Positions 27,135 through 37,318 of a stretch of 64,000 nt of DNA are shown one piece after another (position 1 is the first letter of the stretch; each line of letters opens with the position of its first letter). The notes under the pieces are model-generated. The model was given only the letters and a program-made list of their open reading frames with translations. It did no database searches and was not told the DNA's origin. Source of the stretch: an uncultured Bdellovibrio sp. (GTDB lineage: Bacteria > Bdellovibrionota > Bdellovibrionia > Bdellovibrionales > Bdellovibrionaceae). The stretch covers positions 64,001 through 128,000 of the forward strand of contig CAWVRN010000006.1 of NCBI GenBank assembly GCA_963932905.1, written 5' to 3'. A program made the position numbers and the translations under genes.

Positions 27135-29657
27135 ATGCAGTTACCCATAGATCCTCATTTGCCAGAAATCGCATTGTTACTAGAAAGAAATCAAAACGTA
27201 TTGGTTCAATCTAGCCCAGGTTCGGGTAAAACTACACGCATCCCCCCGTTTCTGATTGGCAAGTATAAAAAAATTCTAGTGATCGAGCCTCGTAGAATCG
27301 CGGCGATCTATGCGGCGTCTCGCATCGCCGAAGAAAACAAATGGGAACTAGGAAAAAATGTCGGCTACGAAGTTCGCTTTGACAGTAGATCGACTCCGGC
27401 CACATCGATTCTATTTTTAACAGAAGCATTGCTTGCTAAGAAAATCATTTCCAATCCAGAATTAAATGGAATCGACCTAATTATCTTTGATGAGTTTCAT
27501 GAGCGATCTTATTGGACAGACCTAGCGATTGGACATATCAAAGAACTTCAAATTTTAGGTTCTGAAATTCAATTGTTATTTTTGTCAGCCACAGTCGACA
27601 AAGAACCTCTACAACAATTCTTTGACAATTTAGGAATGATTGATATTGAGCTGCCTCGCTTCCCTATCGAAGTTGTTTATCAAAAAAAACCGCTTCGTTA
27701 TAGCTGGAATGATGAATTTGAAACTAATTTTCTTCAAGCGCTTCAGGATGTGATTCAAAAAGGAAAAAAACAAATCCTTGTTTTCCTCCCCGGCTTAAAA
27801 GAAATTCGAAATGCAGGTCGACTTCTTGAAAACAACCCTAAATTTCGAGGATTTCAAATCGAAGTTCTTCATGGAAGCATTCCCCTTGCGATCCAAAAAG
27901 ACATTGTTACTAACAACAATAATTACGATCAACGGATTATTCTCTCTACCAATATTGCTGAATCTTCATTAACTATTTCTGGAGTAACAGCCGTTGTGGA
28001 TTCGGGTTTACATCGGGATGCTTCTTACAATGCGGAATATGAAGTCTCGCAACTGAGCACACGAAAGATTTCTTATTTCTCTTCTATCCAACGCCAAGGG
28101 CGCGCAAATCGTTTAGGCCCGGGGGTTTGCTTTAAGATGTGGACTGAACTAGATGAACGATCCATGGAAAAAGCGCCTATTTCGGATATAAAAAAATCCT
28201 CGCTTTATGAACTTGGCTTGCAGTTGATCGATATGGGCCATTGGCCACTGAGCCAATTTACTTGGTTTGAAAAACCATCCGATACGATTTTAAATGATTG
28301 GCAACAAATTTATCAAGAGAGTGGTTTATCTTTCGACAAAAAACTAACTCGCTTTGGACAATTATCTTTAGATTTAAACTTATCGTATGAAAATACTGTG
28401 TTTGCCGTCCTGGCTTACTGTTACTATTCCATTGAAAAGGTCAGCGTTTTGATCGCGTTGCTGGAATCAGAGCTATCGGTCGGTGATTCCAGCCGCATTA
28501 GCCATAGCACACTATTCGATGCCGCCGAAGAATATCGTCGTGGCCGATTAAACGGCTCTGGCGACATTGCCAAGCGATCAGCACAAATCATGGCAGGAAT
28601 GCAACGTCGAAGCCCCCATGCAACCGCTGACAGCTGGAAACAAGACTGCATTGATCTTTTTAAAACATCGGAACAGAAAAAATTTTTAAGTCAGTTAGAA
28701 TCTTCTAAAAAAACCGACTCAGTGTTAGATTTGATCCTGAGTTTTTCTTACATCAATCGACTATGCCGACGCCGAAGGCAGGAAAATGGTTTTTCAAGTC
28801 GAGCGATCACAACAAAAGGAAAGGAAGTCCAGATTGGCGATCCTCAGAAAGCCAACTTGCTTCCACAGCAAGAATACTTTCTGAATTTTCACACCGTAAT
28901 TGATGCGACTCAAACAGCACGTTGTTTTAATTTTCACTTTATAGAATCTAATACATTCAACACGGCAGTTAAACCGTTTGCTAAGCCTGTTAACCGCGTT
29001 GAGTTTGCAGACAGCAAACAACAGTTTTACAAAGTGACTGAACTAGTAATAAAAAAACTAGCCATTGAAACTCTTTCGACTGAACCACTGGCCGCTACCG
29101 AGCTAAAAGAAAAAACTCAGGACATTCTGGTGAACGATATGGAAAACCTATTGTTCACACTGCCTTCATTAAACGAATTTTTAAATCGCATTAAATTAGT
29201 CAATCAACATCAAGAGCATAAAATTGAAGTCAATTGGTCAGACGTTATTGAACAAGAAATCACAAAGGGTTTAACACTTAAAAATCGCCTGGAATGGAAT
29301 TTTGAAATAGAGAACTATCTATCGTATGAAAATCAAAAATTACTAAAAACGCTTGCTCCAAAAGAGCTTTTACTTAAAGACCTTAATCGCAGTTTCAGAA
29401 TTCAGTACCCCAGTAACGAAACACCCTTAATTGAATCGCGATTGCAACATTTTCTAGGCTTAGCTACCCATCCCACGATCCTTAATAATAAAATCAAACT
29501 AAAAATCGTTTTATTAGGTCCCCATGGTCGCCCTATCCAAATCACCAATGATTTACCTGGTTTTTGGAAATCGTCATACCCTGAAATTCGAAAGGAAATG
29601 AAAGGACGTTACCCTAAACACGCATGGCCAGAAGATCCGACCTCATTTAAGAATTGA
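27135..29657 (+). CDS. hrpB: ATP-dependent RNA helicase HrpB
   Basis: PGSGKTT, DEFHER, SAT, STNIAESSLTI, QR.GRA.R; C-terminal RPIQITNDLPGFW...RYPKHAWPEDP. Confidence 0.93.
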   Translation: MQLPIDPHLPEIALLLERNQNVLVQSSPGSGKTTRIPPFLIGKYKKILVIEPRRIAAIYAASRIAEENKWELGKNVGYEVRFDSRSTPATSILFLTEALLAKKIISNPELNGIDLIIFDEFHERSYWTDLAIGHIKELQILGSEIQLLFLSATVDKEPLQQFFDNLGMIDIELPRFPIEVVYQKKPLRYSWNDEFETNFLQALQDVIQKGKKQILVFLPGLKEIRNAGRLLENNPKFRGFQIEVLHGSIPLAIQKDIVTNNNNYDQRIILSTNIAESSLTISGVTAVVDSGLHRDASYNAEYEVSQLSTRKISYFSSIQRQGRANRLGPGVCFKMWTELDERSMEKAPISDIKKSSLYELGLQLIDMGHWPLSQFTWFEKPSDTILNDWQQIYQESGLSFDKKLTRFGQLSLDLNLSYENTVFAVLAYCYYSIEKVSVLIALLESELSVGDSSRISHSTLFDAAEEYRRGRLNGSGDIAKRSAQIMAGMQRRSPHATADSWKQDCIDLFKTSEQKKFLSQLESSKKTDSVLDLILSFSYINRLCRRRRQENGFSSRAITTKGKEVQIGDPQKANLLPQQEYFLNFHTVIDATQTARCFNFHFIESNTFNTAVKPFAKPVNRVEFADSKQQFYKVTELVIKKLAIETLSTEPLAATELKEKTQDILVNDMENLLFTLPSLNEFLNRIKLVNQHQEHKIEVNWSDVIEQEITKGLTLKNRLEWNFEIENYLSYENQKLLKTLAPKELLLKDLNRSFRIQYPSNETPLIESRLQHFLGLATHPTILNNKIKLKIVLLGPHGRPIQITNDLPGFWKSSYPEIRKEMKGRYPKHAWPEDPTSFKN

Positions 29658-29691
29658 TTTATGGCGTGTTTTTAAATACGTTCTGAATCAG

Positions 29692-30747
29692 ATGATAACC
29701 ATAAAAGACAAGTCCAAAGCCGTTACCAAGAAAGTAGCCAAGAAAACGAAAGACGTTTTAAAGACGGTTATTTTTTCGTTAAAAGGTCGCTTTGGTCGCA
29801 AGGTTGTACATCGCCCACTCGAACCCCTTATCGAGCCAATCCCAGTCGACGTACTTCAGGAAAATTTAAAAAAGATGACTTTGATTTATCGATCCGACAC
29901 GGGCCGATCAAATATTGGTGTCTACATGGCTCAAGGTTTTTCAATTCCTGACATGATGCTAGAAATTGGGCGACTTCGTGAGAAGGTTTTTAGAACAGTC
30001 AACGAGGGCACTGGTAAATCATGCGATATCGATGAATTCGATCCGTTCTATCATCACATGATTGCCTATGACGAAGTGAACAACAAAATCCTTGGTGCCT
30101 ACCGCATTGGCCTTATTGATAAAATTTTGCATAACCGTGGCGCCGAAGGCCTTTATAGCTATACTTTATTCAAATACGACGCCTTGTTAAAAACTCATTT
30201 TGTGGATGGTGTGGAACTAGGTCGATCGTTTGTTGACGATGAAGCGGGAAGAGCCGCCTTACGCGCACTGGATAGCATCTGGAAAGGCATTGGATGTTTT
30301 TTTGCCGAGAATCCTCATTATCGTTATTTAATCGGCCCTGTCAGCATCTCGAATAGCTATACAGTAAATTCAAAACTGTTGATGATCTATTATCTAAATA
30401 AAAATTTTAAATCGGAGCTCAGTCCGTTCGTTAAAGCACGCGTTCCAGTGAAACTACGATCAGAAAATTCAAATGAACTTAAAGCCACTGCGGCCAATCT
30501 TAAAAGCTTTACCGAACTTGATGAATACGTGAAAAAATACGACGGCACTGTTATTCCATCGCTTCTAAAAAGTTATGCAAAAATGAATGCTAAATACTTA
30601 AGTTTTAATTTCGATCCTGACTTTAACACCATAGATGGAATGATCATCGTGGATATGGTTAACGCCCCTAAAGATGAAATTGTTAAACATATGGGCGAGC
30701 CATCGTATACAAAATATTTAGCCCACTACAATACACCACTATTATAG
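29692..30747 (+). CDS. GNAT family N-acyltransferase (OlsB/OlsF-type amino-lipid synthase domain)
   Basis: EIGRLRE.VFR..EGTG..DIDEFD, GAYR, ELGRSF, YLIGPVSIS, FNFDPDFN. Confidence 0.8.
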   Translation: MITIKDKSKAVTKKVAKKTKDVLKTVIFSLKGRFGRKVVHRPLEPLIEPIPVDVLQENLKKMTLIYRSDTGRSNIGVYMAQGFSIPDMMLEIGRLREKVFRTVNEGTGKSCDIDEFDPFYHHMIAYDEVNNKILGAYRIGLIDKILHNRGAEGLYSYTLFKYDALLKTHFVDGVELGRSFVDDEAGRAALRALDSIWKGIGCFFAENPHYRYLIGPVSISNSYTVNSKLLMIYYLNKNFKSELSPFVKARVPVKLRSENSNELKATAANLKSFTELDEYVKKYDGTVIPSLLKSYAKMNAKYLSFNFDPDFNTIDGMIIVDMVNAPKDEIVKHMGEPSYTKYLAHYNTPLL

Positions 30748-32073
30748 TTGCGAACGGAACATCTTTACGATCGTTTTACTCGAAAGCGAAGCTTTACCTG
30801 GAAACAAACTATTGGAATAGAATGACTGGCATAAACTAGCTTTCTGAAAAAAAGCTTTGCTTCCTTTCCTTTTATTGAATTTCTGCCAATAAAATTCATG
30901 AAGCGAATCACTATTAATCGGAAAACCTGATTCAGTATTTATATTATACGAACGCGGGTCAAAGTTTGCGCTGGTGATAATAACCTGTTTTTCGCCTCTT
31001 CTATTTTCCACTAAAATTATTTTCGCATGCGTTGGACGAACGCGATTCAAGTAAACTTTTGCACCCATTTCGATAATTTGTTCTAAGTCGACGTCTAAGG
31101 CTTTTTTAATTAACCACAATTCACTTTCCAAATTTAAATTAAACACAACCTCCACATTATTTGCGATGGCGACTTTGATTGATTCTTTTAATTGTGGGAA
31201 TAGAACTAGGTATCCATTTTCAATTAGAATTTTGCTACCTGGTTTTGCGTTAGCAATCATTTTAAAGATTTCATCCAATGTCGAAGCGCCGCTACCAGGA
31301 ACGCCAGTAATTAAGTTGGCTGACTCATACTCAAATTTATTTTTGCGCCAATTGCTTAGACGATTCATTCGCTGGCTCACCCAAAGAGCTGCCTCACGCA
31401 ATTGTTTTTCAAATTTTAATTTGAGTTTTTTTGAAACAGGTTCATTCAATTTAGCAATATCGTCCTCGGTTTTTAACCCTTCGTACTTGTCCCACATTTC
31501 TTGGAAATATTGAACGTAACTGCTAACCCCATCCCCGACCAAAACCACTTCACGGCCATTTACGTATCCGGCACTTGGATCTATATTTCTAAGTTGAGGA
31601 TAGTACTTGTTCGCATAGTTTTTATCACCAAGAAGCAGTATGCTTGAATTCACAAGAAACATCTTATCATGCAAGCGTCGATTATATTTTTGAAATACTT
31701 TTAACGGGTTTATAAAATCTTTTGCAGAAATTTTAATTGGATTATGAAAATTTAACTCAATTCCTTTTTCACGTAAGTAGTTCACAAGCATCGGATCCGC
31801 ATCGGTAATTTTATTATCTATAATTCCACGAACTAGGACTCCTCGTTCGGCAGCGGATATCAATGCCGAGATAAATACTTTCCCAGCTTCGTCATAAACA
31901 AGTTCGTAGGTACTGAAATCAATTGTTTTTGTGTTAGGGTCAGCTAATAGACTCAGGCGCGCATCGATCGACTGGACGGGTGTTGGCAGATCATAAATAA
32001 CACCGGCACCCAAAGCGACCTGTAGAAACAGGAAGGATACAACTAGAATTACGTTCAACAATTCGCGGACCAT
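30742..32073 (-). CDS. Secreted phospholipase D-family protein with non-canonical HKD motifs
   Basis: AAERGV.VR, RRLHDKMFLVN, HAKIILVE, SANFDPRS..NTE; signal peptide. Confidence 0.85.
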   Translation of the reverse strand: MVRELLNVILVVSFLFLQVALGAGVIYDLPTPVQSIDARLSLLADPNTKTIDFSTYELVYDEAGKVFISALISAAERGVLVRGIIDNKITDADPMLVNYLREKGIELNFHNPIKISAKDFINPLKVFQKYNRRLHDKMFLVNSSILLLGDKNYANKYYPQLRNIDPSAGYVNGREVVLVGDGVSSYVQYFQEMWDKYEGLKTEDDIAKLNEPVSKKLKLKFEKQLREAALWVSQRMNRLSNWRKNKFEYESANLITGVPGSGASTLDEIFKMIANAKPGSKILIENGYLVLFPQLKESIKVAIANNVEVVFNLNLESELWLIKKALDVDLEQIIEMGAKVYLNRVRPTHAKIILVENRRGEKQVIITSANFDPRSYNINTESGFPINSDSLHEFYWQKFNKRKGSKAFFQKASLCQSFYSNSLFPGKASLSSKTIVKMFRSQL

Positions 32074-32086
32074 GATAGTTTTTTAT

Positions 32087-32104
32087 ATGCGAATTTCAGG
32101 CCCA
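32087..32104 (-). promoter_or_regulatory. Candidate sigma54 promoter of the PLD gene
   Basis: Minus strand TGGGCCTGAAATTCGCAT = GG-N10-GC. Confidence 0.4.
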
Positions 32105-32218
32105 TTTTTCGCCATAAAAAGCAATAGATTCGCTTAGATGGCTACCTATCGTACGATTTTAACAAATAGGGCCGCAACAAGTCGTTCTATGTATACAAGT
32201 TCGACGCCGACAGTGTGG

Positions 32219-33208
32219 TTAAACGATTTTTATGGAAGCTTTGCGGATACCAAAAGTCAGAACGTTTTTTAACGCTGTAAAGCACTCTCTATTGAACGGT
32301 TGACCAAGAGTGTGCTCGATAAAATTGATAGCTTCTTCAGGTTCTCGGACGGTTGGGTTTTGAGTATCCTTAAACGTCAATTCGCAAAAGGTGTCTGCTA
32401 AAGCCACAACTTTCGAGTACGGGTGCAAACGCACATCCCGCATGGCACGCGGATAACCTTGTCCTATCGAATTCTCGTGGTGTTCATAAACTATGGCCAT
32501 CACTTCCTGCGGAACATTTTCAACCGTTCGTAAAATTTCAACTCCACGGAATGCATGCTTTTGATAGTATTCCAAATCATCCGCAGTGTATTCAACACGA
32601 GGCTTAGCCAAAAATTCTTTTGGATATTCCTTCAATCCGATATCGTGAAGAATTGCACCCAACGCCATTTTTTCCAGGATCGATGGGTTGTTCCAGCCTT
32701 TAGATTGTGAAATCAGTGCTGACACCATACTAACAGCCATTGAATGACGAACTAAATCTTCGGAGATTGAGTTCATTATGGACATCAACGTATTTAGCTT
32801 TGGTGTATCGTTAATAATTTTTAAAACAGAGCTCGCAATGAACTTGGAATGTCCTAAAGCTTCGTTACTAAATCCTAATTGATCAATACTTGTAAAAACA
32901 GTATTGAGTGTTTGTGACAACGTCGTGATTTTAGTCTCGACAGAAGCCTTGTCATTTTTCATGACCTCGTTCGCACTTAAAACTTTCAGCGAGGAAAACT
33001 TTCTTAGGTCCGGCTTTTTAATGTAGATTTTAGAATTTTTGATTTTATCAAAGAAGTGTAGATCTTTAAATTGTTCGCGTGTTCCTTCACGACCAATAAC
33101 AACAAAATTACCTTCACTTAACTTGAAAAATACGTCCCCAGGCAAGTTCACGCTTGGAACAATGTCGTCCATTGTGATCGGGACCATGTTGTTTAAATCT
33201 TTCCCCAT
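32219..33208 (-). CDS. HD-GYP domain c-di-GMP phosphodiesterase
   Basis: RHS..V, LHDIG, HHE...GQGYP, VALAD. Confidence 0.9.
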   Translation of the reverse strand: MGKDLNNMVPITMDDIVPSVNLPGDVFFKLSEGNFVVIGREGTREQFKDLHFFDKIKNSKIYIKKPDLRKFSSLKVLSANEVMKNDKASVETKITTLSQTLNTVFTSIDQLGFSNEALGHSKFIASSVLKIINDTPKLNTLMSIMNSISEDLVRHSMAVSMVSALISQSKGWNNPSILEKMALGAILHDIGLKEYPKEFLAKPRVEYTADDLEYYQKHAFRGVEILRTVENVPQEVMAIVYEHHENSIGQGYPRAMRDVRLHPYSKVVALADTFCELTFKDTQNPTVREPEEAINFIEHTLGQPFNRECFTALKNVLTFGIRKASIKIV

Positions 33209-33214
33209 AAATAT

Positions 33215-33241
33215 TTATCGACCGCGTTATGAGATTCTTTA
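33215..33241 (-). promoter_or_regulatory. Candidate sigma28 (FliA) promoter
   Basis: Minus strand TAAA-N15-GTCGATAA (one mismatch to TAAA-N15-GCCGATAA), 6 nt before the ATG. Confidence 0.7.
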
Positions 33242-33309
33242 ACAGTATTTTGAAGACTCCCAGAATTAAACACCAATTGGTCTTGAAATGAGACAGGATC
33301 ATGGTCTAG

Positions 33310-33813
33310 CTACGATCCAGTGACGTTTTGATTATTCCCAACGACGATTTGATCATCCTTAACAGGTTTAGTGATAACTGAGTTTGCCCCAATACGAACG
33401 TTATTACCAATAGTGATTGGCCCTAATATCTTGGCACCCGCGCCTATCAATACGTTGTCGCCAATTGTCGGATGCCGTTTGATCGCATCAAATTTAGTTC
33501 CGCCTAAAGTAACTCCGTGAAAAATTACACAGTCATTCCCAACAACTGCCGTTTCACCAATAACCACACCCATTCCGTGGTCAATCACCAATCGTTCACC
33601 TAACTTTGCACCGGGATGAATTTCGATTCCGGTTACAGTCCTGCTAATTTCAGCCACCAAGCGCGCCAGAAAAAATAGTTCTAAATTATACAGAGCATGC
33701 GAAATTTTATGTAAGAGGAAGGCTTTCACACCAGGATACAAAAGCAAAATTTCCATTTTGCTTTTTGCTGCGGGGTCATATCTTTTGTACGCGTTTACCA
33801 AATCAACAATCAT
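33310..33813 (-). CDS. cysE: Serine O-acetyltransferase
   Basis: [33 protein letters not shown] hexapeptide repeats. Confidence 0.93.
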   Translation of the reverse strand: MIVDLVNAYKRYDPAAKSKMEILLLYPGVKAFLLHKISHALYNLELFFLARLVAEISRTVTGIEIHPGAKLGERLVIDHGMGVVIGETAVVGNDCVIFHGVTLGGTKFDAIKRHPTIGDNVLIGAGAKILGPITIGNNVRIGANSVITKPVKDDQIVVGNNQNVTGS

Positions 33814-33822
33814 TCTGTACCA

Positions 33823-34806
33823 CTACTTAAATTTTTCTTTCAAATCATCTAACAGAAAATATCGCTCAAATAAATCATTGTACCGTGACCAGCCTTCGTT
33901 ACTGCCACGCTCGCTGCTAATGAAAGAATTTAAAGTGCTCATCTTGCTATCTAAATCGTCAACAAATGCGACTAAAAACGCTTCGATAAATTTCGGTCGT
34001 TTTGGAGAACCATATTCCAGTTTTCCATGATGGCTTAAAATAATATGCTTACATATATCTTTTAGCTCGCTTGGAAATCCCATGATACGACTGGATTTCT
34101 TATCCACCAATTCACACGCAATTTCCATATGACCTATCAGACGTCCACGCGTAGTGTAGTTGAACATGTGCTCGTATTCAAGTTCCCAAAGTTTCCCGAT
34201 GTCATGAAAGATCGCACCGAAATACAGAAGATCACGGTTTAAAAAGCCATAGTGTTCAGACAAACCTTTTAAGATCTTGATAATCGACAAAATATGTTCC
34301 AGTAAGCCGCCATACCACGCATGGTGGATAGTCTTAGCGGCCGGTGCTTTGAACATCATCGGCTTAATTTCTGGGTCTTCAAGAACGGACAACACTAACA
34401 GTTTAATGTGTTCATTCTGAATTTCCTTCGCAAAAATCATAAGCTCGGCAAACATATCTTCTGGCGATTTTGCAGAACTCAAAACAAAATCACTTAATTG
34501 ATAAGAACTTAATTCTTGACGAGTGATTTTAGAAATAATCAGCTGTTTTCTATTTTGAAAAACTTGAACGCTAGCTTTAACCAAAATGACATCGCCGGTA
34601 TCAAACTCTTTACTTAGATCTTCGACTTGATCCCAAACTCGGCCATCGATATTTCCCGTATTGTCCCCTAGCACCAGTGACATAAAGGGTTTGCCCGTCT
34701 TTCCCACTCCCAGATTTTTTTCTTTAACCAAAAAAACGGATTGAACTGACTCTTTATCTTTTAAGTCTTTAACTAATATACGAGGCGTTTTATTTAATTC
34801 TTGCAT
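33823..34806 (-). CDS. YhaM/Cbf1-like 3'-5' exoribonuclease (OB + HD)
   Basis: L.LGDNTG.I OB fold; PAAK..HHA..GGLLEH; HDIGK; SHHG.LEYGSP. Confidence 0.88.
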   Translation of the reverse strand: MQELNKTPRILVKDLKDKESVQSVFLVKEKNLGVGKTGKPFMSLVLGDNTGNIDGRVWDQVEDLSKEFDTGDVILVKASVQVFQNRKQLIISKITRQELSSYQLSDFVLSSAKSPEDMFAELMIFAKEIQNEHIKLLVLSVLEDPEIKPMMFKAPAAKTIHHAWYGGLLEHILSIIKILKGLSEHYGFLNRDLLYFGAIFHDIGKLWELEYEHMFNYTTRGRLIGHMEIACELVDKKSSRIMGFPSELKDICKHIILSHHGKLEYGSPKRPKFIEAFLVAFVDDLDSKMSTLNSFISSERGSNEGWSRYNDLFERYFLLDDLKEKFK

Positions 34807-35540
34807 AGATAATCTTTATTTTGTGAATCGTTAAATTCGACTTGCGATAGATAGACTTTATCTTTATCCGGTTGAACAAAAATAAAATGACCACTCAATG
34901 CCGATATATGGCGATTGTTTGTAATATTGAAACGGATACCTTCACCGGAATTCATTTTTTGAAATGAACTCGTTATATCAAAATAAACGTTGCAACCAGC
35001 GCCATAAACTTCGCCATCAACGCGCCTTTTTTTTCCGTTACTTACAAAATAAACTTTCATTGCAGACGGATTAGAAAACTCTACTAGATTAAACTTCAAA
35101 AAGAATGTTCCCTTGTCGCCTTCTGTAATTTTAGATAAATCCAGTGTTCCACCACCGCGAGGTAAATTATATTGAATGGCCTCGTGAGCTAAAATACCCG
35201 ATACCTTTGCTGTAAACGAAACTTCGATAGGAAGCCAAACAATCAACGTGTCGGTTTTTTCGTCTTTATCACCACCACCGGCATGTTCATCCTTTTTTTT
35301 ATGGCCACCACCACCGTGGCCACCTGCCGGCGCTGCGGCAGCGCCGGATGCCATAACAGAGTCCCACAATTTTCCTGGCATTTTAAAATCCTCAGGAGTG
35401 TCACGAATTTCATAAACTTTACCAGCAAAAGCAGGATTCGCGTCTGGATGCGCGGCAGGTGCCTCCGCAGTATGTTCCGACGCTAACGCCGCGGCAGCAA
35501 AGGCCGAAGCTAAAACTAAGAGGAACCCATTTTTTATCAT
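34794..35540 (-). CDS. Exported hypothetical protein with Gly/His/Lys low-complexity loop
   Basis: Signal peptide (ALA); GGHGGGGHKKKDEH; two Cys. Confidence 0.75.
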   Translation of the reverse strand: MIKNGFLLVLASAFAAAALASEHTAEAPAAHPDANPAFAGKVYEIRDTPEDFKMPGKLWDSVMASGAAAAPAGGHGGGGHKKKDEHAGGGDKDEKTDTLIVWLPIEVSFTAKVSGILAHEAIQYNLPRGGGTLDLSKITEGDKGTFFLKFNLVEFSNPSAMKVYFVSNGKKRRVDGEVYGAGCNVYFDITSSFQKMNSGEGIRFNITNNRHISALSGHFIFVQPDKDKVYLSQVEFNDSQNKDYLCKN

Positions 35541-37309
35541 TCTGGATTTTCCAATTGTGCCCGTGCTTCAATCAGTTGAGTTTGCAAAGGCTCTTTCTTT
35601 AATGCATCAAAAATTGAGCGTGAGTACTGAGCGCGATCTACTTGGAATAATCCAAGAGCTGCTAAATAAGACCATTCAGGAAACTTTTCGCTTAGAGTTG
35701 TAAAAGACTCTTTGGCACAATCCATTTTTTTATTAGCTAAACAATTTTGGCCGCGATAATAATGAGTCGCTGCAAAATTTGAAAGATCAGATTTTTTCAG
35801 CAAAGATTCTAAGAGCATTTTCTGCCCCTTTGCGTAGGCTACATGCAATTGCATTAATTCATAGTGATTACTACCTACCGATAACAAATGTGCCTCGTCC
35901 AACAATTTGTCGACCGTTTCAAATTGTCCCGATTCTAGAGCACAGAATGCTCTAAACAGTTTTGGCATCAATTGCTGGCTTTTTGCATAAATACGTTCAC
36001 ATAAATCATCCAGAACCGTCCATTCCGTCAGGCTCCAATCTAGGGCTGGATTCTTTGCAAAATTTTGTGACTGCTTAGGAATCAATTCAATAAAATCCAC
36101 TAAGGCCGAATCATTAGACGATCCATCAACGCTAGCTAAGCCAATGTTTACCAAAGCAATTTCGCTGCGAAGAAACGCCGATTTTGATCGTGATTCAAAC
36201 AAATCTTTTTTTACCAGGGTGATGTCGTCTTTAAATAGATCTCTAAAATCGATTAAATATAAACCGCGAATAAAACTAAAGTAGCCAATATTTTCGTAAT
36301 TTTCATAACGAACATTTGCGTAGTTTTTATAGTACTCGCCCAATGTCGCTTTTGAACTTGGGCTTAATACCATTTTCGAATTCATTTTGTAGTTTTGAAT
36401 GCCCCAGTTAATATTTGCCAATTCATTAATGGGATCCTGAATCAGAGCTTTTTTGAAACTCTCTTGAGCCTTCAAATTGTCGCCTTCGATTTGATAACTT
36501 AGACCTAGTAAATTATAAAGTTCCGATCGCTTTTTAGGATTAGCAGTATCTACAGTTGCCGTAATTTGATTTTTTAGGTCACCGATCTCTTTGCCGATTG
36601 TAATTCGAGCTGGTGCGATCAGATCCAAAGTTTCTTTTGGAATATCTGTTCCCGCGATTTCTTTATAAACCTGAAATGATTTTTGGAAAAGTTTCAGGTT
36701 ATAAAGCTGCGCTATTTTTTCCACTTTCTGCCGAATTTTCTCAGAATTTTGCATTCGCTGGAAAATCTTAAATCCCGTGAACAAAACCAACACAACGGCC
36801 GTGCCAATAATGACCTTACGTTTTAATTTTGCCTGCTGTGCCTCTAGTTCTTCTTTTACTTTCTGATCATTTAACAACCCATAGCTTTTGGCAATAGCTG
36901 CCGACTGTTTCGCTTCGGTCGACTTAGATTTTGGATTGAAAGAAAATGGAACCTCTTTAAGTGGTTCGATATCTTTGATATCATCGAAATCAATTTTAGC
37001 CGCTTCTCTCGCGTGATCTACATTTTCAGTGCGAGAAAATGATCCTGTTATGATACTTAATGGACTTGTCTTTGTATTATTTAAGTTTAGTTTATCACGA
37101 TTATTTTTTACGGTTTCAGTTAAATAGGGATAGTCGCGAATAAAATTCCAACGTGATTTCGGACGACGAATTTCGTCGACAAAGGAAATTTGGTTGTATG
37201 TAAGTAACTCAACAATTTCTTCTAAATTATATGGCCCGATCAAACGTGACGATGAGCGCACCAACCACATTTTCTCTTTCGGATTCACATCTTTAACTTC
37301 ATAACCCAT
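35537..37309 (-). CDS. GYF-like N-terminal domain, single TM, periplasmic TPR protein
   Basis: WLVRSSSRLIGPY..EEI; TM VIIGTAVVLVLFTGF; TPR LYNLLGLSY...AQESFKKAL.DP. Confidence 0.7.
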   Translation of the reverse strand: MGYEVKDVNPKEKMWLVRSSSRLIGPYNLEEIVELLTYNQISFVDEIRRPKSRWNFIRDYPYLTETVKNNRDKLNLNNTKTSPLSIITGSFSRTENVDHAREAAKIDFDDIKDIEPLKEVPFSFNPKSKSTEAKQSAAIAKSYGLLNDQKVKEELEAQQAKLKRKVIIGTAVVLVLFTGFKIFQRMQNSEKIRQKVEKIAQLYNLKLFQKSFQVYKEIAGTDIPKETLDLIAPARITIGKEIGDLKNQITATVDTANPKKRSELYNLLGLSYQIEGDNLKAQESFKKALIQDPINELANINWGIQNYKMNSKMVLSPSSKATLGEYYKNYANVRYENYENIGYFSFIRGLYLIDFRDLFKDDITLVKKDLFESRSKSAFLRSEIALVNIGLASVDGSSNDSALVDFIELIPKQSQNFAKNPALDWSLTEWTVLDDLCERIYAKSQQLMPKLFRAFCALESGQFETVDKLLDEAHLLSVGSNHYELMQLHVAYAKGQKMLLESLLKKSDLSNFAATHYYRGQNCLANKKMDCAKESFTTLSEKFPEWSYLAALGLFQVDRAQYSRSIFDALKKEPLQTQLIEARAQLENPE

Positions 37310-37318
37310 GAACTAATA

